DNA from: an uncultured Planctomycetaceae bacterium
GTDB lineage: Bacteria > Planctomycetota > Planctomycetia > Pirellulales > PALSA-1355
Assembly: GCA_963785305.1 (NCBI GenBank)
Contig: CAWAUV010000007.1
Location: forward strand, 1,760,001 to 1,824,000
DNA length: 64,000 nt
Reading direction: 5' to 3'
Part shown: positions 49,763 through 58,698 of the stretch, one piece after another
How positions within the stretch are numbered: the stretch's first letter is position 1
Layout of the letters: each line of letters begins with the position of its first letter
Notes under the pieces: generated by a model
The model's input: only the letters and a program-made list of their open reading frames with translations
What the model was told of the DNA's origin: nothing
Databases searched by the model: none
Translations under genes and position numbers: made by a program

Positions 49763-50630
49763 ATGGCGGTCATTGGCGCGGCCGTTCTGTTGCATCGGGG
49801 TCGCGGCGGCGGCATCGACGACAAGCAGAACACAGAGTACGACGAAGTGTATCTCGTGCAAACCGATGGCCCGACCGCCATCGTGTTCATCGCCAACGCG
49901 CCGGGCATTCCGCCCCAGTTCGCGCCCTACGCCACGGACCCGAACGCCATCCTGCTCACCCGGAGCCCGCGCGGCACGAACGACGAATCGGCGCAGACAT
50001 GGGAAGTTACATGCCATTATTCATCGAAGTACGATTTTCAGTACGAGCAAAACCCGCTCGACCGCCCGCCGCGATTTAGTAGGTCGATCGCGACCTTCAC
50101 GAAGCCGTTTGACAAAGATATCGTCACCGGTGCGCCCGTTTTGAATCTAGCGCGTCAGCGCTACGACCCGCCCGCCGAACTCAACGATAGTCGCGTGGTA
50201 ATCAAGGCCGTCCGCAACGAAGCGCAGTTGCCAGGCACGCGCGATTGCCCCCTACGAGAACACGATCAACTCCGACCAGTGGAACGGCTACCCGCCGCTC
50301 ACGATGTTCTTTTCTGGCGCCAACAGTGGCGAGATTCAATTCGAGAATGGGCAGCAATTCTATAGCGTCAGCTATGAGTTTCACTATCGCGCGGAAACGT
50401 GGATCGTGAAGCTTCTCGAAGAAGGCACGCGGGCCATTGTCGCGATCGGAAACGGAAAATTCAGCGAGATCAGCGCCGGCGATTCCCCCAAGCTGCTCGT
50501 TCCATTCCCGGGGCTCGCGGGTTCTTGCACATTCACTGATGACCCCACGAAAGCCGTTTTCACTTCGTGGAACGGCTACAACACTTCCACGTTTGGTGAC
50601 CTGGGCCTCGTGATTCCCAATGGACAGTAA
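49763..50630 (+). CDS. Phage tail-associated-like protein; frameshift near 50240
   Basis: GGAG RBS; WEVTCHYS, NPLDRP and YSVSYEF resemble phage tail-region proteins. Confidence 0.5.
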
Positions 50631-50823
50631 CATGAACGAAAAGCTAAAAGTCGACCTTGAAATCTGCGGGCTCAAGATCACTGGCGAATGCGCTCGCGAG
50701 GAGTTTGCCGCGATCTTCCGCCCGCATGGGATGCTGGAGCAAGTCGAGGATTTCAATCACCTGCTGCTCGCCCGCGACGAAAGAGCAATCGCTGAAATCC
50801 AGTCGCTGCCGAGACAGAAATAA
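50620..50823 (+). CDS. Hypothetical protein
   Basis: Overlaps the upstream stop; 67 aa. Confidence 0.5.
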   Translation: MDSNMNEKLKVDLEICGLKITGECAREEFAAIFRPHGMLEQVEDFNHLLLARDERAIAEIQSLPRQK

Positions 50824-50832
50824 GGTAGCGCC

Positions 50833-51276
50833 ATGCTTGGGAAACTACGATCCATCGTCGCTCGACCGCCCGACCTTGTTATCGGCGAGCCGAACGCGCC
50901 TTATATGCTTCGCTGGCACGTTGTCCCGCGAAACCGCTGGCTCAACGTCTATCTCCATAAGATCGTCCGCAGCGATGACGACCGCGCCTTGCACGATCAC
51001 CCCTGGGCCAGTCTCTCGCTGATCCTGGCGGCCGGCTACCTCGAAGTGACCCCGGCCGGCCGGCGATATCATGGGGCCGGCAGCGTCATTTACCGAAGCG
51101 CCACCTACTCGCACCGGCTTGAAATCGAGAATGGCCGGCCATGCTGGACGCTGTTCGTTACCGGGCCGAAGCAACGCGAGTGGGGCTTTTTATGCCCGAG
51201 GGGCTGGCGCCATTGGCGAGAGTTTTGCAAGGCCGAGAACCGCGGCGAAGTGGGCCAAGGTTGCGGAGAAGCATGA
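50833..51276 (+). CDS. Phage-type cupin-fold protein
   Basis: YLHKIVRSDDDRALHDHPW, YSHRLE and WTLFVTGP...WGF. Confidence 0.7.
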   Translation: MLGKLRSIVARPPDLVIGEPNAPYMLRWHVVPRNRWLNVYLHKIVRSDDDRALHDHPWASLSLILAAGYLEVTPAGRRYHGAGSVIYRSATYSHRLEIENGRPCWTLFVTGPKQREWGFLCPRGWRHWREFCKAENRGEVGQGCGEA

Positions 51277-51414
51277 CGGGGGCGAGTGAATCAACTGGAA
51301 GAAATTCCAGTTGCAAATCGCCAACACTCGGACCGGAATCGCCAGTTCGCCGCTTAACGCATCGGACCGGCTCGCGACCGAAGACTCATGCGGTAGCGTC
51401 GGAACGCGGGAGAA

Positions 51415-53130
51415 GGGACCAGTTCAGCTTATGCGGCGGTGGCGAGGGGGGTGGAGCGGCGGTGGAAGGGGTGGCCGGGGCGTTGCGAGAGGTAGTCCTT
51501 GAGCCGGCCGTCGTCGCTGAGGGCGGCGGCGCGGAGCTGCAAGATCGCTTCCGCTCCGTCGGGATCGTCCCAGAACATTTCGGTCCCTTTCACGCGCAGG
51601 TTCATCTGTTTGATCAGCGACTCCATCGGCGCGCTGGTGACCGGCAGGCCCAGGCGGCGATAGCTGGGATAGTCCATCCGCTGGCGATTGTTCGTCAAGT
51701 ACCGCACGGCGTCGACGAGCGGTTTCTCCGCGTCACTGGGTTTCGTATCTTCCCAGTCGATGCCCCGCGCGAGGCAGGCTTGCTTGATCTCGTCGATCAC
51801 GTGATCGACCTGGCCTTGCCAGCACCAGGTGACGAACTTTAGATAGAGCGACCAACCCTCCGCATCGTTGGCGGCCAGCGCCAGCGCCGCGCGGTAAACG
51901 TATTGAATCGCATGAATGAAGTCGAGGACGGGCGTGAACGTCGGAAAATGTTTTTTCCAGATCGACCAGTTCCAGTTCAGGCCATCACCGAGGAAGACCC
52001 GTAAAGGAGAATCGTAGAACCGGCGCCGCTGGGCTTCGCGCCGCATCAGCGGGCCGAAATCCTCCGAGCAGGACATACTGCTCAGCGCCGTGCGCAGCAC
52101 GCGCCGCGGGCCTTCGTACTTCACGCGGCGGGGTTTCTCGGCGGCGGATTCTTCGCCGGGTGAATCGAGGCGGGGAACCGCTTTTTCCGCGATATTCGCC
52201 ACTTTTTTCGCGATGCGAAAGGAAGTCGGCAACTCGGGGCAAGCGTCTTCGTCCGCGACATGCCGCGGGTTGAGAGACATTCGCTCGAACGAAGCGTTCT
52301 TCGTTTCGCGCCAGCCTTTCTCGCCCGACGGCACGACGCCGCGCCCTGGCCCGGCTCGCGTGTGCGAATGCGGCCGCCGTCGCAAGAGACCACCGCCGCC
52401 GCCGGCACGACGACTTCCTTGACGACTTTTTTATCGTCGCTGGACGCCGGCAGTGCCTTCCCGTCGGCCAGTTCCTGGCCCACCTGTTTCACCAAACGCC
52501 GAATCGTGCTGCAGGGAACTTTGTGTCCCAGCACTTGCCCGGTGATCACTTCCGTGCGCTCGAACGAACGGACTTCCGCGGCCAGGCAGACTACGGCTCG
52601 CGTCAACTCGGGCGTGACCTCGCGGCTATCGAGTCCCAACGTCAACCGCTGAGGGAAAAAAAGACCACCGGCAGCGGTCGCAGTAAGCGGTCGTCTCGGT
52701 CACCTCGACCCGGCCATCCAGGCTGGTGACCGGCCTCGTTGCGGTTTGCACGCCGCACGACGCTCCGCAGGTGGGGCAGTTCGCTTCCGTCGGGCAGCTC
52801 GCGGCGACTTCACGCATCGCTCGCTCTTGGGCTTCACGGCTCAACTCGCGGCCGAGCGTGATAGCATACCGCTCGATGACGCTATAGTGCGGCGTGCCGA
52901 GGAACACCCCCTGCTCGACCATCTCCTCGATTCCCAGTTCGGCCAATTCCCGCAAAAGTTCCTTCCTCCTGGCCTCGCGGGCCTGCATCGCGGCGTCCAT
53001 GCCTAGCGCTCCTTAAGCAAGTTTCGTTCACCGATCAAATCCACCTCGCCCAGCTTACCACACAAACCCCGAATTCTCCTATTGACGTTTCCACATCCAC
53101 CCCCCAACCCGCAAAAGCTGAACTGGTCCC
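51415..53130 (-). mobile_element. ISKra4-like insertion sequence, copy 2
   Basis: Same IRs as copy 1; 9-bp direct repeat GCGGGAGAA at 51406-51414 and 53131-53139; transposase 51429-53000. Confidence 0.9.
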
Positions 53131-53157
53131 GCGGGAGAATCGATTCTGGAAGGCCGC

Positions 53158-53186
53158 TTGCGTCCCGCTCCGCCCCCTGCTAGATT
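53158..53186 (+). promoter_or_regulatory. Sigma70 promoter of the C4-like RNA operon
   Basis: TTGCGT-17 nt-TAGATT with an extended -10 TG. Confidence 0.65.
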
Positions 53187-53288
53187 GCTTCCAGTTCGGG
53201 CCATCTCTTTCGGCCCGGGCCGCGGCGTAAGAACCGCAAAAATTCGACTAGCGTTATAGGACGAAACCCTATGTCAAAGGGCCGCAAA

Positions 53289-53364
53289 CCCGGCGGACCG
53301 TGCGCACGCCGCGAGGCATGCGCGGGCGCCTCTAGTCGGGCGCCTTCTTACCCGATCCGCCGGG
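53289..53364 (+). ncRNA. C4/CI-like antisense RNA (cloverleaf)
   Basis: Closing stem CCCGGCGGACCG / CGATCCGCCGGG; GCGA-tetraloop hairpin; GGCGCC stem with loop CTAGTCG; unpaired TTCTTAC; both single-stranded elements are complementary to upstream GTAAGAA (53227-53233) and CGACTAG (53245-53251). Confidence 0.7.
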
Positions 53365-53416
53365 CCTGCGGCTTTTTCACGCGCCGACTCTCCGGCGCCC
53401 GAAAGGCTGCCCCCTC

Positions 53417-53761
53417 ATGGCTACCGCTTCCCGTCCCAAGGCTCGCAAGGCCCCCGCTCCGAAGCCTGTCAGCGTCTTTCTCGTTCCCCTCGATGCCCTG
53501 CAAAAGTGCGTCACGCTCGGCTCTGAAATGCTGGCGGCCGAGTTTGAAGAAACACACAACGCGCTCGAGCGCTCGGCCCCGACCGGCTTCATTGCCGTGG
53601 CCGACGTGTTTGGCTTGGCGGCTCGCCCCGATGCCGTGTCTGAAAAGTGTCTCACCGTGGGACACATTTCGGGCGACGTTCATTCGCTGGTGTCCCGCTC
53701 CCAGTCCGCTACCACTCCGCTCCCAGCGGGTTCGGCCCGCAAGATCGGGGGTGGAGCATGA
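53417..53761 (+). CDS. Hypothetical protein, first gene after the C4-like RNA
   Basis: 114 aa; ATGA overlap with the next ORF. Confidence 0.55.
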   Translation: MATASRPKARKAPAPKPVSVFLVPLDALQKCVTLGSEMLAAEFEETHNALERSAPTGFIAVADVFGLAARPDAVSEKCLTVGHISGDVHSLVSRSQSATTPLPAGSARKIGGGA

Positions 53762-54012
53762 AGCGACCCAGACACATGAACGAAGCCGACAATAGCGCCG
53801 TGCTTCGCTCGCTCGAGAGCATCCAAGCCGCTCAGCTTATTGTCAATTCCGCCGCTCACCGGCTCTGCTCGATTCCGGGCTTTGTCGAGGAATGGCAGTT
53901 GGTTTGCAAGCTGAACGAGACCATGAAGGCGGCCCGGCAGCAAGTCGAGGAACGCCGCGCGAAGCTCTATGGCGGTCCCCGGGCCGCTCGCGAGAAAGGG
54001 GGTGAAGCATGA
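53758..54012 (+). CDS. Hypothetical helical protein
   Basis: MKRPRHMNEAD...; ATGA coupling at both ends. Confidence 0.6.
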   Translation: MKRPRHMNEADNSAVLRSLESIQAAQLIVNSAAHRLCSIPGFVEEWQLVCKLNETMKAARQQVEERRAKLYGGPRAAREKGGEA

Positions 54013-54431
54013 CCCGACGCAACACCCCCGTTCGCCTGGCTCGCTCTTGGAACCTTGAGGAACTATCCGAACTGCTCAACGTGACCGACGAACTTGACGG
54101 CGTGCTCGACGTTCCCGGCGGCCAAGTGGCCGAACGCGACTACTGGCGGGCTTTCATTCTGGCCGCATTCGATTCGGGAATGAGCCCGGCGCAACTCCGG
54201 GCGCTCGACTGGCGACTGATCGAACCGCGCACCGGCCGAATCACGATCGAAGTGCGATTCGGAACCGAGGCGCTCATCGCGATCGCGCGAATCGCCAAGC
54301 CCGAGAATCCCTACGTGTTTTCCGAACCCCGCCGCTTCGATACGCCGCTCAAGCGATTCTCGTTCGCCTCGCGCTGGCGGCTTGTTCGCTGCTTCGCGGG
54401 GCTTCTCGATTGGAAACCCGGCCGCGAGTGA
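54009..54431 (+). CDS. Degenerate tyrosine-recombinase catalytic-domain fragment
   Basis: WNLEELSELL...YWRAFILAAFDSGMS...LRALDW parallels box I of the neighbouring integrases, but catalytic R is S and there is no HxxR/Y region. Confidence 0.55.
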   Translation: MTRRNTPVRLARSWNLEELSELLNVTDELDGVLDVPGGQVAERDYWRAFILAAFDSGMSPAQLRALDWRLIEPRTGRITIEVRFGTEALIAIARIAKPENPYVFSEPRRFDTPLKRFSFASRWRLVRCFAGLLDWKPGRE

Positions 54432-54437
54432 CCGCGA

Positions 54438-54499
54438 TTCCGCAAAGTTTCCGCAAAAGTTCCGCAGAGTTTCCGCAAACATTCCGCAAAACTTCCGCA
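54438..54499 (+). repeat. Six TTCCGCA repeats at an exact 11-bp period
   Basis: Starts at 54438, 54449, 54460, 54471, 54482 and 54493. Confidence 0.9.
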
Positions 54500-54523
54500 G
54501 CGATGCGGAAAGGAGATATGGGC

Positions 54524-55890
54524 ATGAGTACTACCAACGTTCCGGGGCCGTCCGAAGTGACCGACGCCATGCCCCTGCGCGATTTTCACCGCCGCATCTA
54601 CCAGCCGATGCGCATGGCCGATTCCTCTGTTCGCGGCATCCAAATGCACACCGACTGCCACAGCCTTTACTCGAAGTTTCTCGGCCACCCGGCCACGCTG
54701 GCCGACTTGACCGAAAGCCAGCTCTCGGCATGGATGCGTGAAATGCTGGGCCGGGGCTTGTCGCCATATACGTGCAACACCCGGCGCCGCATGATTCTCT
54801 CAATCTGCGCTACGCGGCGAGGAAGCGATACCCGATCCCGCCCGGCCAGAATCTCGACGACGTTGACCGCTTCAAGCTCCCTAAGCGTGTTCCGTGCGCC
54901 TGGACGATGCCCGAAATGGATCGGCTCATTGAAGCCTCGCGGCTCGAATCGGGCCGATACTTCGGAGTGGCTGCCGGCAAGTGGTGGCCGGCGCTGCTGC
55001 TCACCCTTTTCGATACCGGGCTTCGGCGGGCCGCGGCATTCGAGATTCGCTTCGAGGAAATCGACTTCACCAGCGGCTTTCTCCGCGTTCCGGCCGAGCG
55101 GATGAAGAACGACTGCGAGCAGTATTTCCGGCTACACCCGCAAACACTGGAAGCGATCTTGGAAACGCTCCCGCCCCGCCGGGCGAAAGTGTTCCCCTGG
55201 CCCTTCAAGCATCGCGACTGCCACGGCGATCGCTTGCGCGGAATTCTCAAGCGGGCTGGGCTGCCGCATTCACGGCTCGACCTGTTCCACAAGATTAGGC
55301 GAACCACGGCGAGCCACTTGGCCAAAATGATCGGCCGGACCGCCGCGATTCGGCAGCTTGGCCACAAGGACGATACCACGATCAATCGCTACATCGATCC
55401 GCGATTCACGGCGGATCACGACCTTTCGAGCCACCTGCCCCGGCCCGACTGGAAGGAACCGGCCAGGATCGAGATCGAAGTGACCGGGCCGGCGCCATCG
55501 GCTGACGCGCTCGAGTCGAGAAAGCTGGTCGTGAACTCGCTCGACGTAAGCGAGCTAGGCGTGGACCTGTTCGCCACGCTGGGCGAGAAAGAGCGGCTGA
55601 CGCCCGAGGATATCAAAGCCGCGATCAAGGCCCTTGGGCTCAATCATGTCGACTTGGCCCATGAAATCGGCATGTCAGTGCAATGGGTATGCACCGCGCT
55701 CTCTGGCCGCAAGCCGATGGGCGAGGCGATGGAAGAACGCATCCGCGTTGCCCTGGGGCTCACCTACGACCGCCCGAACGACCGCCGCAAGAAATGGGGC
55801 GCCACGCCCGCGACCGTCTTGATCCACGACAAGCCGATGCCCCGGCCACTCCGCGAACCAAACCCCGACCCGAAAGGAATCCAGCAATGA
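54524..55890 (+). CDS. Tyrosine recombinase with C-terminal XRE-like HTH; frameshift near 54805
   Basis: AGGAG RBS; TGLR, MKN, FHKIRR, LGH and RY catalytic set; IKALGLNHVDLAHEIGMSVQWVCTALSG HTH. Confidence 0.85.
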
Positions 55891-56282
55891 GCCGACGCCC
55901 GAAAAACCACGTTCTTCTAGTTCAGTGCGGCCCGTCGTTCCGCCCCGAGCGCATGCACGAAATGCCCGACGACAACCAGATTGAAGCGATGCGGTTTCTG
56001 ATCCGCCATGTGACCCGCACCGTGGCCGTGAACGCGGCAAGGGCCTACAACACGCGGCATCTAGTTTGCGGCCCCGAATTCGATGGCTCATGGGCGATGG
56101 TGGTCGTGTCGCTCCGCCGCCAGCGATCGTTACGGGGCAAGCCCGCGGCAATGACGATTCCGCCTTGCGAACGCCCCCGGCTGGCGAACGGATGCGCCGG
56201 CCTGGGGACTCTTTGGTGGCCGGCTATGCGAAAATCAACTGTCGGAAACGACAATTGCAAAACGCCAACACGGCTTGAATGA
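55887..56282 (+). CDS. Hypothetical protein
   Basis: ATGA overlap with the recombinase stop; end uncertain. Confidence 0.5.
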   Translation: MSRRPKNHVLLVQCGPSFRPERMHEMPDDNQIEAMRFLIRHVTRTVAVNAARAYNTRHLVCGPEFDGSWAMVVVSLRRQRSLRGKPAAMTIPPCERPRLANGCAGLGTLWWPAMRKSTVGNDNCKTPTRLE

Positions 56283-56505
56283 AGTGCTCGCCGATGCGTT
56301 GCCGGCCGCAAGTTGGCGATATGCGACTGCGAGAATGCGCAGTCGATTCCAAAATCCGCAAGCGCCCGCCGGATGAGCATTTTTCACGCAAGCCGCTAAA
56401 ATGCCGTCTCACGCATCGAAGCGACAGGCGACCAAGGACACCGACCGCCCCGCCGGATCGCGGGAGAAGCGAAGCCAGAAGGCCGATTTTCACAAGGGGG
56501 AAGCA

Positions 56506-57606
56506 ATGAACGCCTGGATATTCCAAGACGCCAAGCAAAAGGCCAAGCTGGGCGATAAATGCCCCTGGTCGGTCGGATACTACGATCCTGATGGCAAGCG
56601 GCGAGGGAAACGGATCGGCTCGAAGAGCGCCGCCGAGAAGTTCGCCCGCAAGACCGAAGGCCAGCTCGCGGCGGGAACCTTTCAGAGCACGGCACGCATG
56701 AGCTGGGGCGACTTCCGCAAAGAGTACCTCGAGCGCGGATTGGCTGGCGCGTCGCCCGGAACGCGGGACGTAAGCGAGCGAGCAATCAAGCATTTCGAGC
56801 GGATCATCAAGCCGGCTTTCGTCGGAGCAATCAAGAGCAAGACTTTCGCCGAGTATGTGGCAAAGCGCCAGGGTGAATCGAGCCGGCCGGGCGCCTCGCC
56901 CGTGTCAGTCGCCACCATCAACAAAGAATTGCGGCACCTGCGGGCGGTCGTCCGTAAAGCGAACCGCTGGGGATATTTGCCGATCATCCCCGCCATCGAT
57001 TTTTTGCGGGAACCCGGGAAGCTTGCCACCTACATCACGCCCGAGCACTTCGCCCGAATTTACGAGCACTGCGACGCCGCGAGCGGCCCGAGCAGTCAAT
57101 CATTCGACCCGGCGGACTGGTGGCGGGCTTTGCTCGTGATGGCGTACATGACCGGATGGCGGATCGGTTCGCTGCTAGCGCTGCGCCGCGAGGACGTGGA
57201 TATGGAAAACGGCTTCGCGTTGAGCCGCGCCGAGGATAACAAGGGCAAGCGTGACCAGCGAATTCCGCTCCATCCGCTCGTGGTCGAGCACTTGCGGGAA
57301 ATACCCGGCTTCTCGCCGCTCGTGTTCTCGTTCACTGGCGCCCGTCGAGGGCTATACGGCGAATTCCGGGCGATACAGGAAGCCGCCGGAGTGAGGCCAG
57401 AGGGCTCGAAGCCTCGCTATGGCTTCCACGACTTCCGCCGGGCATTCGCGACCATGAACGCCGACCGCTTGTCCGCCGACGCTCTGCAATCCCTCATGCA
57501 GCACCGGGCTTACCAGACCACGCAAAAGTACATCAACATGGCCCGGCAATTGAATCCGGCCGTTCAGAACCTCTTTGTTCCGAAGCTAGGCAACGCGAAA
57601 GCCTGA
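56506..57606 (+). CDS. Phage integrase (tyrosine recombinase) with N-terminal arm-binding-like region
   Basis: WSVGYYDPDGKRR N-terminal domain; TGWR, NKGK, FHDFRR, MQH and KY; ends ~80 bp from the tRNA. Confidence 0.92.
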   Translation: MNAWIFQDAKQKAKLGDKCPWSVGYYDPDGKRRGKRIGSKSAAEKFARKTEGQLAAGTFQSTARMSWGDFRKEYLERGLAGASPGTRDVSERAIKHFERIIKPAFVGAIKSKTFAEYVAKRQGESSRPGASPVSVATINKELRHLRAVVRKANRWGYLPIIPAIDFLREPGKLATYITPEHFARIYEHCDAASGPSSQSFDPADWWRALLVMAYMTGWRIGSLLALRREDVDMENGFALSRAEDNKGKRDQRIPLHPLVVEHLREIPGFSPLVFSFTGARRGLYGEFRAIQEAAGVRPEGSKPRYGFHDFRRAFATMNADRLSADALQSLMQHRAYQTTQKYINMARQLNPAVQNLFVPKLGNAKA

Positions 57607-57684
57607 CCTTCCGCCCGATTCGTCATTGGAAGGTTTTTGGAAGGTTGTCGGTATGATCGGTCCTGCCGATTCGTCGTAACTCAA

Positions 57685-57770
57685 TAGCCGAGGCGGGGAT
57701 CGAACCCGCACGGGGGTTTCCCCCCACGGGATTTTAAGTCCCGAGCGTCTGCCTATTCCGCCACTCGGCC
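57685..57770 (-). tRNA. tRNA-Leu(UAA), CCA not encoded
   Basis: GGCCGAGTGGCGGAATAGGCAGACGC...GGGAC-TTAAAA-TCCC, long variable arm, GTTCGATCC T-loop. Confidence 0.95.
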
Positions 57771-57793
57771 TTTTAGTGTCATTGGGCGCTGAT

Positions 57794-57870
57794 AGCCTAT
57801 CCGAGAACTTCGGCGAGCCCTGATCCTACCCTCTCTCCCAAAGGGAGAGGTGGGAGCCGTCGGATAGGCT
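57794..57870. repeat. MITE/REP-like repeat, copy 1
   Basis: IR AGCCTATCCGA / TCGGATAGGCT with internal CTCTCCC-aaa-GGGAGAG hairpin; relatives at 58551-58615, 59999-60079 and 63962-64000. Confidence 0.75.
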
Positions 57871-57976
57871 CTTGAAAAGGGACAACCACCGGGCGCTTTC
57901 GGCGCGGTCAGGGGATGTCTCCACAACGCGCGGCAAGTATCTCCGTTTTTTCGCCGAAGTTGGTCTCGTCAAAACG

Positions 57977-58519
57977 TCAAGCCGACAAGGGCGCTGCTTT
58001 GGGAAAGTCGATGGTCGTGCCGGCGACGTTGTTGAAATAATTCGTGAAGATATTCAACGCGACGTGGGCGACGACCTCGGCGATTTCGGCGTCCCCGTAG
58101 CCGGCGTCTCGGACCGCGGCGATGTCGGCGTCTTCGACGATGCCCCGTTTTTGCACGATAATCCGAGCGAACCTTAGGAGCGCGTCCGTCTTCGGGTCGG
58201 AAGACGATCCTCGCCGGCTGTCGATGAGTTCCTGGTCGGTCAATCCGGCCCGTTTACCGATGGCGCTATGGGCCGACACGCAGTAGTCACAGTGGTTGAC
58301 CTCGCCCACATCCAGGGCGAGTTGTTCCCTCGCTTTCGCGGGAAGGACACCGTGGCCGAGCGACCCACTGAAACCTAAGTAAGCCTCGAGCACGGATGGC
58401 GAAACAGCCATCGCGCGGGTCATGTTCGGCACGAGGCCCAACTTGGCCTTCACGGCGTCGAGCAGTTCCTTGGCTTTACCCCGAGCTTCTTGTGGTTCAA
58501 CGGCATGAACGCGTGGCAT
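57977..58519 (-). CDS. Carboxymuconolactone decarboxylase / AhpD-like peroxidase-related protein
   Basis: LGLVPNM, REQLAL, NHCDYCVSAH and NYFN. Confidence 0.9.
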   Translation of the reverse strand: MPRVHAVEPQEARGKAKELLDAVKAKLGLVPNMTRAMAVSPSVLEAYLGFSGSLGHGVLPAKAREQLALDVGEVNHCDYCVSAHSAIGKRAGLTDQELIDSRRGSSSDPKTDALLRFARIIVQKRGIVEDADIAAVRDAGYGDAEIAEVVAHVALNIFTNYFNNVAGTTIDFPKAAPLSA

Positions 58520-58698
58520 GATTTTCTCTCCTGTCATTAAAGTGCCTATTCGAGAACCTCGGCGAACCCTCACCATACCATAACAACACCCTCTCCCAGG
58601 GGGAGAGAGGGGAGGTGTGGGCGACGCTTGATTTGGCCCGGGGCCCTCTCCCGTCGATGCCGGGTCGTTGGGCGGCGACTCCCATCGTGTTCATCGCT

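Larger units (their letters stand above)
46960..57684 (+). mobile_element. Integrated phage-satellite-like element or cryptic prophage at tRNA-Leu
   Basis: Integrase abutting the tRNA 3' end; co-oriented, tightly packed phage-like ORFs; left boundary approximate because no att duplication was found. Confidence 0.75.

Noticed and set aside
53271..53795. 174-aa ORF across the C4-like RNA
   Set aside because: Overlaps the structured RNA and the coupled ORF at 53417; a short leader-peptide role cannot be excluded
54438..54499. Possible CRISPR array
   Set aside because: 7-bp repeats with 4-nt linkers are far too short, and there are no cas genes in the window
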